In this document: piece after piece, positions 40,421 to 49,801 of the stretch
How the letters are laid out: the number at the start of each line of letters is the position of its first letter
Numbering within the stretch: position 1 is the stretch's first letter
Source of the DNA: an uncultured Bacteroidales bacterium
Lineage (GTDB): Bacteria; Bacteroidota; Bacteroidia; Bacteroidales; GWA2-32-17
DNA: 64,000 bases
Assembly (NCBI GenBank): GCA_937960415.1
Contig: CALGPK010000006.1
Span: 1,416 to 65,415 of the forward strand
Reading direction: 5' to 3'
Position numbers and translations under genes: made by a program
The notes under the pieces: model-generated
Databases searched by the model: none
Told to the model about the DNA's origin: nothing
Seen by the model: only the letters and a program-made list of their open reading frames with translations

Positions 40421-41893
40421 TCTGTTGAGTATAAATTGAGTGTATGTGTTTAATCGTTCAGTAATATCTTGCGACAGGTTCAAAATCCAAACGAATACGA
40501 TGTATAATATGCCCATAATGGAGCTTCGTACCAGCAAATCAATGTAAAATGGATTAATGGAAGGAATAAGACGAGCTACGATGTAAACTAAAAATCCAAT
40601 TAACAATACTATCAAAAATTTATAGTTAAACGGTTGCATGTTGTATTTTTTCCATAAAAATATCCATCGCATAAAATTAAAAACAAACATCGATAGTGCG
40701 CTAGCAAAAGCAGCACCTTCAATCCCATATATTGGGATAAATATTGCATTGGAAAATATAATAATTGCTACGAAAATTAGCATAAACAGACTTTGAATTT
40801 TATAGGTTGGAGATGTTCCAATGATGGTATTATTAATTCCGGTTGACATATCAATAAAGCTTCCTAAAGCTATCCAAAATACAACCCATTGGATATGTGC
40901 ATATTTTTCGGGTAGCAGCATTAAAAGATTATCGATGTTTGCCCAAATGCCAATAAAAAGCAATAGGGAAAAAATCATTTGGTTGATGCAACTTTTATAA
41001 TAAATAGTAAAAATAGTATCGTGGTCATTTTGTTTCCATGCTTCGGCTACTACGGTTGACGATATTTTAGTAAGTGCACGTGATGGCATAGTAATGATTA
41101 CTCCGAAGAAAAAAGCAATGGAATATAAACCCGTTTGTTCGAGATTAAGATACTGCTGTATCATGATTTTGTCGATGTTGGAAACAATGGTACTAGAAAA
41201 AACGGTAATCATACCAAAAATACTTACCAAAAACATTTCTTTTTTAAGTTTCGAATCAATATTCGTAGAGCTCCGTAAAAGTGAAATATTTCCCTCGTTG
41301 TACAACAAAAAGAACAAAATTACGGTAGGTAATGATAAAGCAATAACATATAATAAAACAAATATATCGAACGAAAATTGAAAGAAAATATATAACAGGA
41401 TAAAAGCAATAACAAACAAACGCTGCAATACTTCTTTTAAAAAAGTTCCTCTAATACTTTTGTATAAGGCTCTTGAATATGTGTCGAGTGAATTGAAAAA
41501 AAGTGTAAAAAATATCAACGGAAAAACGTAAAAGCCAAGTCTTTGAAAAAGCACATCATTCGAATGATTCATCCATAAATAAAACCAGATGGCATACAAA
41601 ATAAGCGATAATAAAGTACCTATCAATAAAATACGAAACATGATAACAAAAAATCCATAGTGGCGTGTCTGTTCGTTTCTGAAATAGGGGAATAATCGAA
41701 TGGTAACATTATCGAAACCTAAATTGGCAAATTGAGCAAACAACAATGAATAAGCTACCAATAGGTTGAGCAATCCGATTTGTTCGGGTGTAAAAAACCA
41801 TGCCAGCAAAATAAGGTTAGTAAGCACTCCCAGAGCAGCACCTAAGTAAGTGTAAAAAGTTCCCCAAATCGTTTGTGTACGGATAATTCCCAT
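40415..41893 (-). CDS. MOP-superfamily (Wzx / polysaccharide biosynthesis) flippase-like membrane protein
   Basis: 492 aa and hydrophobic throughout (about 12-14 TM helices by eye). It lies downstream of a glycosyltransferase gene with a 7-nt gap. Confidence 0.6.
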   Translation of the reverse strand: MGIIRTQTIWGTFYTYLGAALGVLTNLILLAWFFTPEQIGLLNLLVAYSLLFAQFANLGFDNVTIRLFPYFRNEQTRHYGFFVIMFRILLIGTLLSLILYAIWFYLWMNHSNDVLFQRLGFYVFPLIFFTLFFNSLDTYSRALYKSIRGTFLKEVLQRLFVIAFILLYIFFQFSFDIFVLLYVIALSLPTVILFFLLYNEGNISLLRSSTNIDSKLKKEMFLVSIFGMITVFSSTIVSNIDKIMIQQYLNLEQTGLYSIAFFFGVIITMPSRALTKISSTVVAEAWKQNDHDTIFTIYYKSCINQMIFSLLLFIGIWANIDNLLMLLPEKYAHIQWVVFWIALGSFIDMSTGINNTIIGTSPTYKIQSLFMLIFVAIIIFSNAIFIPIYGIEGAAFASALSMFVFNFMRWIFLWKKYNMQPFNYKFLIVLLIGFLVYIVARLIPSINPFYIDLLVRSSIMGILYIVFVWILNLSQDITERLNTYTQFILNRK

Positions 41894-41900
41894 ATATAAT

Positions 41901-43013
41901 TTATAGTATTTGAGCTATTCTTTTTGCTTGAACTATCATCGAATAGCTTTCTAATAATTCTATTCGCTCCTGTAAAAGTTTTTCATCAAATACTTTATCC
42001 ATTAGCATTGTAATATAAATGATGTAATCTTCTTTTTGGTGGGCAATGTAACAAGTTTTTTCGAACCCCGTATTATCAATTACTCCGGGATTTACAATAA
42101 CAAATCTACCCTTGTATAAGCTGTTTAGTAATTTTAGTTTCATTCCTTGTGGATGAAACGAATGGATGAGATTGATATGAGCATTGGCAATTAAGTCGTT
42201 CATGTTATTTTCCGAAGGATTGGCAATAAGTTTTACATGTTGATAACGAGCAATAATTTTTTGCAGACTTTGTGCTGGATTTTTTCCTGCAACAATAAAC
42301 GGATACCTAACCATTGCAACAACGTTTTCTATAAGCCACTTAATGCTTTGGATATTTTCCGGAACGGAGAGGTCTCCGTGAATGAGAATATAATTGCCTT
42401 TACCAGTTTTACACCTAATCTCATCATTTCCGTGAAAAGGATATACAAGGTTTACCGTATTGAAATATTGTTTAAAAAAGGCAAAATCATTGGGCGAAAT
42501 AGCAATTATATGATTGGCATTGGCTAATGTTTCGACTTCATATTTTCGAAGTTTCGACGATTCGAGTAAAAAATATATGCGTCGAAAAATACTTTTTTCG
42601 GTTATTGCTAACCCTTGATAATAAAGGTATTCTATATTGTGAGTGCGTACTACGATTTGACGATTTTTTAAAGCATTTCGGTACAACCAGTATGTGGTGT
42701 GTATGCCTTCGAATAAAATGACACCTTCGTTTGTTAAAAGATTTTGCAACAGTGCTTTGTTTTTACGAGATACAACAATAAATGGCAATCGTGAAAAAAA
42801 ATAAAATATCGAACGATGTCTTTTATAATAAAAAACTTTTTTGCAATATTTTTCTAATTGGGGTTGTACAGAGCGTCCGTATTCAAATGTGTGAAGAATA
42901 ATTTCGAAACCTAATTGGTGCAGACTTTTTATTTTGTAAAAAACATCAATAACCCCGCCATAGTCTGGAGGGTATGGAACATTAAATGATACTATTTGAA
43001 CAACTTTATTCAA
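41901..43013 (-). CDS. Glycosyltransferase (GT-B fold, GT4-like), TTG start
   Basis: 370 aa. The N-terminus KVVQIVSFNVPYPPDYGGVIDVF is typical of Bacteroidota GT4-like enzymes. The only start at the conserved N-terminus is TTG. Confidence 0.7.
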   Translation of the reverse strand: MNKVVQIVSFNVPYPPDYGGVIDVFYKIKSLHQLGFEIILHTFEYGRSVQPQLEKYCKKVFYYKRHRSIFYFFSRLPFIVVSRKNKALLQNLLTNEGVILFEGIHTTYWLYRNALKNRQIVVRTHNIEYLYYQGLAITEKSIFRRIYFLLESSKLRKYEVETLANANHIIAISPNDFAFFKQYFNTVNLVYPFHGNDEIRCKTGKGNYILIHGDLSVPENIQSIKWLIENVVAMVRYPFIVAGKNPAQSLQKIIARYQHVKLIANPSENNMNDLIANAHINLIHSFHPQGMKLKLLNSLYKGRFVIVNPGVIDNTGFEKTCYIAHQKEDYIIYITMLMDKVFDEKLLQERIELLESYSMIVQAKRIAQIL

Positions 43014-43023
43014 GGTATAATTA

Positions 43024-43031
43024 CAAAATTA
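43024..43031 (-). promoter_or_regulatory. Possible -7 box TAATTTTG upstream of the glycosyltransferase
   Basis: Exact TAnnTTTG in the 30-nt rarA-GT spacer, 10 nt before the TTG start. It could be a chance match in AT-rich sequence. Confidence 0.3.
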
Positions 43032-43043
43032 ACTCTTTTTGCA

Positions 43044-44315
43044 TCAATAACCATATTTTCCCTTCCAACACCGAGATAAATATTGTTTGAATTCTTTTTC
43101 GCGTGGATTATCGGCAGGTTCGTAAAAGCATTTTCCGCTAATAGATTGGGGCAAATATTCTTGTTCTACAAAGTGATGGTCGAATTGGTGAGCATATTGA
43201 TAATTTTTTCCATAATCGAGCTCTTTCATTAAACGGGTAGGAGCATTGCGCAGGTGCAGAGGGATGCTTAAGTTGCCCGACTGCTTTACTTCGTCCATTG
43301 CTTTTTCTATTGCCATGTATGCCGAATTGCTTTTGGGTGATGAAGCCAAAAAGATAGCTACTTCCGACAAGATAATGCGAGCTTCGGGCATGCCAATCTG
43401 GTGTACAGCGTCGAATGCCGATTGAGCAAGCATAAGTGCATAAGGGTTGGCTAAACCAATGTCTTCTGCTGCTAAAATAATCATTCGCCGTGCGATAAAT
43501 TTTATATCTTCGCCGGCATGGAGCATGCGGGCAAGATAATATACGGCAGCATTAGGATCGCTACCACGAACTGATTTGATAAAGGCCGAAATTATATCGT
43601 AGTGCATGTCGCCTTGTTTATCGTACAAAGCAAGTTTGGTTTGAAGTACTTTTTCGACTATTTGGTTGGTTATGACAATCTCTTTTTCTGTATCGCTAGT
43701 ACTAATTAATTCTATAATATTATAAAGCTTACGTGCATCGCCATCGCTAAAACGAAGTAAGGCATCGTACTCATGAATGCTAATTTTTTTGCCGACTAAA
43801 TAACGATCGGTTGTAATAGCCTTTTGTGCAAGTGTCATTAAATTTTCTTTGCTAAGGGGATGTAAAACGTAAACCTGACAACGCGACAAAAGCGGACTAA
43901 TAACTTCGAACGACGGGTTTTCGGTAGTTGCACCAATCAATACAAAAAGCCCGCTTTCGACGGCATGAAGCAACGAGTCTTGCTGCGACTTGGAAAAACG
44001 ATGTATTTCGTCGAGAAAAACTATAGGTGGTATTTGATGAAATAGAGGATTTTTTTGAATGTTGTCTATTACATCGCGAATATCTTTTACAGATGAATGG
44101 ATGGCACTTAAATAGAAGTATTTACGGTTTAATTGTTTGGCAATGATTTGTGCAAGTGTAGTTTTGCCTACGCCCGGTGGTCCCCAAAAAATTAACGAGG
44201 CAATGTGCCCGTTTTCCACCATTTTGCGTAAAACAGCATCTTTACCTACAAGATGTTCCTGACCAACAAATTCGTCAAATGAGGTTGGTCGAAGTCGTTC
44301 GGCTAATGGTTGCAT
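43044..44315 (-). CDS. rarA: Replication-associated recombination protein A (AAA+ ATPase)
   Basis: 423 aa. Walker A GPPGVGKTTLAQII, Walker B VFLDEIHRF, and the MgsA C-terminal region (YDIISAFIKSVRGSDPNAAVYYLARM). Confidence 0.93.
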   Translation of the reverse strand: MQPLAERLRPTSFDEFVGQEHLVGKDAVLRKMVENGHIASLIFWGPPGVGKTTLAQIIAKQLNRKYFYLSAIHSSVKDIRDVIDNIQKNPLFHQIPPIVFLDEIHRFSKSQQDSLLHAVESGLFVLIGATTENPSFEVISPLLSRCQVYVLHPLSKENLMTLAQKAITTDRYLVGKKISIHEYDALLRFSDGDARKLYNIIELISTSDTEKEIVITNQIVEKVLQTKLALYDKQGDMHYDIISAFIKSVRGSDPNAAVYYLARMLHAGEDIKFIARRMIILAAEDIGLANPYALMLAQSAFDAVHQIGMPEARIILSEVAIFLASSPKSNSAYMAIEKAMDEVKQSGNLSIPLHLRNAPTRLMKELDYGKNYQYAHQFDHHFVEQEYLPQSISGKCFYEPADNPREKEFKQYLSRCWKGKYGY

Positions 44316-44326
44316 CTTTTTTTTTT

Positions 44327-44334
44327 CAAAGTTA
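44327..44334 (-). promoter_or_regulatory. Putative -7 promoter box TAACTTTG upstream of rarA
   Basis: The minus strand reads ATAACTTTGAAAAAAAAAAGATG. An exact box is followed by an A10 run and then the ATG. Confidence 0.4.
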
Positions 44335-44466
44335 TTTTATTTATTTGTATAAAAAGTGGGTTTGTTTGTAGAAAAAAAAATTGCAAAAAGTTTTAAAAAA
44401 ATTTTGTTCATAAAAAAATCTGTAAGATTATTTAGATGTCAATTTTCAAATATAGGTTTGTAATAT

Positions 44467-44474
44467 TATATTTG
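44467..44474 (+). promoter_or_regulatory. Putative -7 promoter box TATATTTG upstream of uvrD/pcrA
   Basis: Exact TAnnTTTG 12 nt upstream of the ATG at 44487. Confidence 0.4.
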
Positions 44475-44486
44475 TAAGTTTTGAAC

Positions 44487-46766
44487 ATGAATAATACTTC
44501 TTCTATTTTGCAGAATCTGAATGAACAGCAGAAACAAGCCGTAGTTGATTACAAGGGTCCGTCGTTGGTATTGGCAGGGGCTGGTTCTGGCAAGACGAGG
44601 GTTTTAACTCACCGCATTGCATATATGTTGGCTAATGGTGTACGTCCCGAGCGTATTATGGCTCTCACTTTTACTAACAAGGCTGCCGATGAAATGAAAG
44701 AACGTATAGCCTGCATGGTTTCGCATAATATTGCACGCCGTTTATGGATGGGGACGTTTCATAGTATTTTTAGGAGAATCTTAAAAAACGAAGTACAAAA
44801 ACTCGGATATGAGCCCAACTTTAGCATATATGATACAGACGACAGCCAAAGCCTGATAAGAAGCATTTTAAAAGAGCTTTTATTAAATAACGACGATCAC
44901 TATAAACCTAAAGATGTTTTATCACGTATTAGCCATGCCAAAAACAATCTGATAACATCCGAAGCATATAAAAACAATAAGGCTCTGCTAGAGACAGATT
45001 CTTTCAGAAAAATGGGAAACTTGTGGCATATTTACGAAATGTATCAGCTTAGGCTAAAACAGGCAAATGCAATGGATTTCGACGATTTGTTGCTAAATAC
45101 CAATATCCTGTTTCGTGATTTTCCCGATACGCTCAAGCATTATCAGCAACTGTTCGATTATATACTGGTAGACGAGTATCAGGATACGAATTATGCACAA
45201 TACCTTATCATTAAAAAGCTATCACAAGTACATAAAAATTTATGCGTAGTTGGCGACGATTCGCAGAGTATATATTCGTTTAGAGGTGCACGCATCGAAA
45301 ATATTCTGAATTTTAAGAACGACTATCCGGATTTTAAGCTTTTTAAGCTTGAGCAAAATTATCGTTCTACTAAAACTATTGTACATGCTGCCAATAGCCT
45401 TATACAACATAGTAAAGAACGCATTCCGAAAGTAATTTTTACCGAAAACGAAGTTGGAGATAAAATAGAAGTACTAAAATCGTTAACCGAAGTAGAAGAG
45501 GCTTTCGTAATTTCTAAAATCATAGAAAACTTACACGTAAAACAACAGATTTCTTACAACGAAATAGCCATTTTATATAGGACAAATGCCCAATCACGAC
45601 CATTAGAAGATTCGTTGCGACGTATAAACATTCCTTACCGAATTTATGGGGGAACCTCATTTTATCAGCGAAAAGAAATTAAAGATATCTTGGCGTATAT
45701 ACGCTTGTGTATTAATCTTTATGACAATGAGTCGCTTAAGCGAATAATAAATTTTCCAGCAAGAGGCATTGGCGAAACTACATTGCAGAAAATTGAAACA
45801 TTTGCTCAACAGAATAACTTGTCTTTATGGGAGTGTCTTTTAAGAGCGAATGAAATGGAAAGCATCACAAAAACTACTGTTTTTAAAATAAAAAATTTTG
45901 TATCCATTATTAGTACACTAAAGGAACAGTCAACTAATTATCCAGCTTTTGAATTTATTAATCGGCTAATGCAGTCAACAGGTATTAAAGAAGAACTCGA
46001 AAAGGAAAAAAATATTGAAGGTATAGATAGAATGAATAACGTTCAAGAATTGATAAATAGCATTAAGGAGTTTGAAGAAAATTTTGTTGAGCTTTACGAT
46101 TTTAAACCAGGTATAGCCGATTTTTTAGATTATGTAGCACTATTAACATCGGTTGACGAAAATAAGAATGATAAAAAATTGGACAAAGTAACGCTCATGA
46201 CTGCCCATTCGGCAAAAGGTCTCGAATTTGATGTCGTTTTTATTGCTGGTGCAGAAAAAAATAAATTCCCTTTAACCAACTTTCTTTCTAACGGGCAAAA
46301 CATTGAAGAAGAACGCAGGTTGTTTTATGTTGCTTTAACACGTGCTAAAAAGAAAGCTTTTATTTCCTTTTCAGAACAAACCATGAGGTGGGGAAAATTA
46401 GAATATACTTCACCATCGCCTTTTATTTTCGAAATCGAACCGCAATATTTAAATATACCGTTTGAAATAAGCAATCAGAAACAATATAAAGATCGTACTA
46501 TATTTACCAATTCGGAGATAAAACCTGCTTTAAAAGTTGAAAAAAAAATTGTACCTTTGTCGGAAGTTGTCCAAAAAAACACAATATCCTCTGAACAATT
46601 TAGCCACTTTAAAATAGGCGATGTAGTTTTGCACGAGCGGTTTGGTAAAGGAACGATCATTAGAATTGAAGGTAACGATCAGAATGTTAGGGCATTAGTG
46701 GATTTTGGAAACTTAGGTCAAAAGCAATTGCTGTTAAAATATGCAAAGTTGACATTATTAAATTAG
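44487..46766 (+). CDS. ATP-dependent DNA helicase, UvrD/PcrA family
   Basis: SF1 motifs LAGAGSGKTRVLTHRIAYM, ILVDEYQDTN and MTAHSAKGLEFDVVFI. It has a C-terminal Tudor-like tail (GDVVLHERFGKGTII). The ATG at 44487 is preferred over the TTG at 44481. Confidence 0.93.
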   Translation: MNNTSSILQNLNEQQKQAVVDYKGPSLVLAGAGSGKTRVLTHRIAYMLANGVRPERIMALTFTNKAADEMKERIACMVSHNIARRLWMGTFHSIFRRILKNEVQKLGYEPNFSIYDTDDSQSLIRSILKELLLNNDDHYKPKDVLSRISHAKNNLITSEAYKNNKALLETDSFRKMGNLWHIYEMYQLRLKQANAMDFDDLLLNTNILFRDFPDTLKHYQQLFDYILVDEYQDTNYAQYLIIKKLSQVHKNLCVVGDDSQSIYSFRGARIENILNFKNDYPDFKLFKLEQNYRSTKTIVHAANSLIQHSKERIPKVIFTENEVGDKIEVLKSLTEVEEAFVISKIIENLHVKQQISYNEIAILYRTNAQSRPLEDSLRRINIPYRIYGGTSFYQRKEIKDILAYIRLCINLYDNESLKRIINFPARGIGETTLQKIETFAQQNNLSLWECLLRANEMESITKTTVFKIKNFVSIISTLKEQSTNYPAFEFINRLMQSTGIKEELEKEKNIEGIDRMNNVQELINSIKEFEENFVELYDFKPGIADFLDYVALLTSVDENKNDKKLDKVTLMTAHSAKGLEFDVVFIAGAEKNKFPLTNFLSNGQNIEEERRLFYVALTRAKKKAFISFSEQTMRWGKLEYTSPSPFIFEIEPQYLNIPFEISNQKQYKDRTIFTNSEIKPALKVEKKIVPLSEVVQKNTISSEQFSHFKIGDVVLHERFGKGTIIRIEGNDQNVRALVDFGNLGQKQLLLKYAKLTLLN

Positions 46767-46776
46767 TTAAATTATT

Positions 46777-47400
46777 ATGATAGACAAAAAACTTTATTAC
46801 AACACACAACGTGAACCATTATATTTATCCGAATACGGAAGACATATACAAGAGATGGTAAACTATATTAAAACCATAGAATCGAAAGAGGAACGAAACC
46901 GCTTAGCTCATGTGGTTATTCAGGTAATGGCCAACATGACTCCCCAGTTGAGAGACAACTCCGAGCACATCACAAAACTTTGGAATCAGCTAGCCCAAAT
47001 AGCCAATTATGAGTTAGACATCGATTATCCGGTTACCATATACAGGCAAGAAGATTTCAAAAAATATCGGAAAAAAATTTCGTATCCTAAAAAAAATCAG
47101 CAATTGAAGCACTATGGCAATATTTCGGAACAAATGGCAAAAGCTATTTCGCAAATGCCCGAAAGCGACGAACGAAATCAATTGCTTATAGCTCTTGCAA
47201 ATCACATGAAAAAACAATATTTGCTATTTAATAAAGAAGCTGTTAGCGACGAACAAATACTATCCGACCTCCAAAGAATGGCTCAAAACGAAAGCCTTGT
47301 TTTACCAGAAGTTAAGCTAAACGAAACACGCGATATATTGTACCGCAACAAGCACAAGCAAAACAAAAAAAATAATAATAACAAACGTCGTTCATTATGA
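46777..47400 (+). CDS. Hypothetical protein, DUF4290-like
   Basis: 207 aa and helical with a basic C-terminus. It overlaps murA by 4 nt. The DUF4290 label comes from the remembered association of this family with murA in Bacteroidota and is unverified. Confidence 0.55.
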   Translation: MIDKKLYYNTQREPLYLSEYGRHIQEMVNYIKTIESKEERNRLAHVVIQVMANMTPQLRDNSEHITKLWNQLAQIANYELDIDYPVTIYRQEDFKKYRKKISYPKKNQQLKHYGNISEQMAKAISQMPESDERNQLLIALANHMKKQYLLFNKEAVSDEQILSDLQRMAQNESLVLPEVKLNETRDILYRNKHKQNKKNNNNKRRSL

Positions 47401-48704
47401 GTACATTTATAGTTGAAGGAGGGCATCGACTAAAAGGCGAAATTTTTGTACAGGGGGCAAAGAACGAAGCTTTACAGGTTATTTGTGCTACATTGCTAAC
47501 AAATGAGGATGTCATCATAAACAATATTCCCGAAATTCTTGATGTTATTAAATTGCACGAACTGCTCGAAACGTTAGGCGTTCAAATTCAACGTTTAAGT
47601 GCAGGTAAATATCTATACAATGCTAAACATCTTAATATTAACAATTTAGGAACGACGGATTTTTATCAAAAAGCAGCCAAATTAAGGGGTTCTATCATGG
47701 TGGTAGGCCCGCTTCTTGCTCGTTATGGATATGCCGTTATTCCTAAACCCGGGGGTGATAAAATAGGTCGGCGCCATCTGGATACACACTTTTTAGGCTT
47801 CGAAAAACTCGGTGCAATAGCTGTTTACGATACTGCTCAAAGTTTGTATAAAGTCAGTACACAAAAGCTCAAAGGTTCCTATATGCTCCTCGATGAAGCG
47901 TCGGTTACCGGTACAGCCAACATTATTATGGCATCGGTATTGGCCGAAGGCACAACAACCATCTTTAATGCAGCATGCGAACCATACATTCAGCAGTTGT
48001 GCCGAATGCTGGTCGCTATGGGTGCTAAAATTGAAGGTATTGGTTCAAATTTACTCACTATACATGGTGTAACATCATTGAAAGGAACGGAGCATACTAT
48101 ACTGCCCGATATGATAGAAGTAGGAAGCTTTATAGGACTTGCGGCAATTACACAAAGCGATATAACCATTAAAAATGTAGGATTTGAGCATTTAGGAATT
48201 ATCCCACAGTCGTATAAAAAGCTTGGAATTCCTGTTGTTAAGACCAACGACGACGATATTCACATTCCACCACTCGATTACTATGAGATAGAGACATACA
48301 TGGATGGCTCAATTTTGACCATATCCGATGCTATTTGGCCGGGTTTAAGCCCCGATTTGTTGAGCATCTTTCTTGTTGTAGCAATTCAAGCTAAAGGTAG
48401 TGTACTTATTCATCAAAAAATGTTCGAAAGCCGCCTGTTTTTTGTCGACCGTTTGATTGAGATGGGAGCTCAAATCATTCTTTGCGATCCACATCGTGCG
48501 GTGGTCATTGGACACAACAGACAAGTACCTTTAAATGCAATAGAAATGAGTTCGCCCGATATTCGTGCGGGTGTTGCTTTATTGTTGGCTGCACTATCGG
48601 CCAAGGGAACGAGCAAAATTCACAATATTGAACAAATAGATAGAGGATATTTGGATATTGACAAAAGATTGAATAATATTGGAGCAAAAATTAAAAGAGT
48701 TTAG
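47397..48704 (+). CDS. murA: UDP-N-acetylglucosamine 1-carboxyvinyltransferase
   Basis: 435 aa. FIVEGGHRLKGEIFVQGAKNEALQVICATLL start, KPGGDKIGRRHLDTH (Asp in place of the fosfomycin-target Cys) and a typical EPSP-fold repeat pattern. Confidence 0.95.
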   Translation: MSTFIVEGGHRLKGEIFVQGAKNEALQVICATLLTNEDVIINNIPEILDVIKLHELLETLGVQIQRLSAGKYLYNAKHLNINNLGTTDFYQKAAKLRGSIMVVGPLLARYGYAVIPKPGGDKIGRRHLDTHFLGFEKLGAIAVYDTAQSLYKVSTQKLKGSYMLLDEASVTGTANIIMASVLAEGTTTIFNAACEPYIQQLCRMLVAMGAKIEGIGSNLLTIHGVTSLKGTEHTILPDMIEVGSFIGLAAITQSDITIKNVGFEHLGIIPQSYKKLGIPVVKTNDDDIHIPPLDYYEIETYMDGSILTISDAIWPGLSPDLLSIFLVVAIQAKGSVLIHQKMFESRLFFVDRLIEMGAQIILCDPHRAVVIGHNRQVPLNAIEMSSPDIRAGVALLLAALSAKGTSKIHNIEQIDRGYLDIDKRLNNIGAKIKRV

Positions 48705-48707
48705 CTT

Positions 48708-49268
48708 ATGAGCAAAGTATCATTTATATTTTTAATGTTTTTAATAGGAATTAGTTATTTTACTCCACAAAGTCTTTCACAGTCGAAGAATTACGGACAG
48801 GACAGAAAGACCAAACTAACCATAGGAACAGAAGTTGGAAACAAAGCACCTGAGTTGAAATATAAAAATCCAGAGGGGAAGGAAATGGCATTAAGTTCGC
48901 TCAAAGGGAAGTTGGTATTGATTGACTTCTGGGCATCGTGGTGTGGTCCTTGTAGAAGAGAAAATCCCAACATTGTAGCCGCTTACAAAAAGTATAAAGA
49001 TAAAAAGTTTGTTGGTGGCAAAGGATTTACCGTTTATAGTGTATCGCTCGATAAAAGCCTCGAAAGCTGGAAAAAAGCTATTCAGCAAGACAGCCTTATC
49101 TGGGAAAATCATGTTAGCGATTTGCAATACTGGAATTCCGAACCTGCAAAAATTTATGGTGTTATGGGTATTCCGATGAATTGGCTCATCGATGGTGATG
49201 GTATTATAATTGCAAAAAATCTCAGAGGTAAAGCATTGGAAGATAAACTCGAATCGTTGCTCAAATAA
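48708..49268 (+). CDS. TlpA-family thiol:disulfide oxidoreductase
   Basis: 186 aa. Signal peptide, then GKLVLIDFWASWCGPCRRENP (CxxC) and GIPMNWLIDGDG motifs. Confidence 0.88.
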   Translation: MSKVSFIFLMFLIGISYFTPQSLSQSKNYGQDRKTKLTIGTEVGNKAPELKYKNPEGKEMALSSLKGKLVLIDFWASWCGPCRRENPNIVAAYKKYKDKKFVGGKGFTVYSVSLDKSLESWKKAIQQDSLIWENHVSDLQYWNSEPAKIYGVMGIPMNWLIDGDGIIIAKNLRGKALEDKLESLLK

Positions 49269-49270
49269 AT

Positions 49271-49705
49271 ATGCCTTATTGTTACGAATATCCTCGTCCA
49301 TCAGTAGCTACCGATATTATCGTGTGCACAACAAACAAGCCTTATCAAGTTTTACTTATTCAGCGAAAAAATCCACCTTTTCAGAATATGTGGGCATTAC
49401 CGGGTGGTTTTATGGACATGGACGAATACCTTTGTAACACAGCGAAACGCGAATTGATGGAAGAAACAGGAATACACATCCATACATTACATTTTTTTGG
49501 AGTTTATGATGACCCTACACGCGATCCAAGAGGTCGAACTATTGGTATTGTTTATTATGTACTTGTACCAAAACCTCTAAAACCCACGGCAAATGACGAT
49601 GCTGCTAATGCTCAATGGTTTTTTATTGATGAATTACCTCGTCTTGCTTTCGATCATCAACTTATTTTAGACGATTTTAAACAAAAAATATTAACATCGC
49701 TCTGA
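49271..49705 (+). CDS. NUDIX hydrolase
   Basis: 144 aa. Nudix box GGFMDMDEYLCNTAKRELMEETG. Confidence 0.88.
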   Translation: MPYCYEYPRPSVATDIIVCTTNKPYQVLLIQRKNPPFQNMWALPGGFMDMDEYLCNTAKRELMEETGIHIHTLHFFGVYDDPTRDPRGRTIGIVYYVLVPKPLKPTANDDAANAQWFFIDELPRLAFDHQLILDDFKQKILTSL

Positions 49706-49801
49706 TAATCTGATTGTTAAATTGTTGATTTCTTTTACCGCTTCAATTTAATTAACTTATATTTAGCAGTACCTTTAAATATTAAATGATTTTGCCCGGT
49801 C

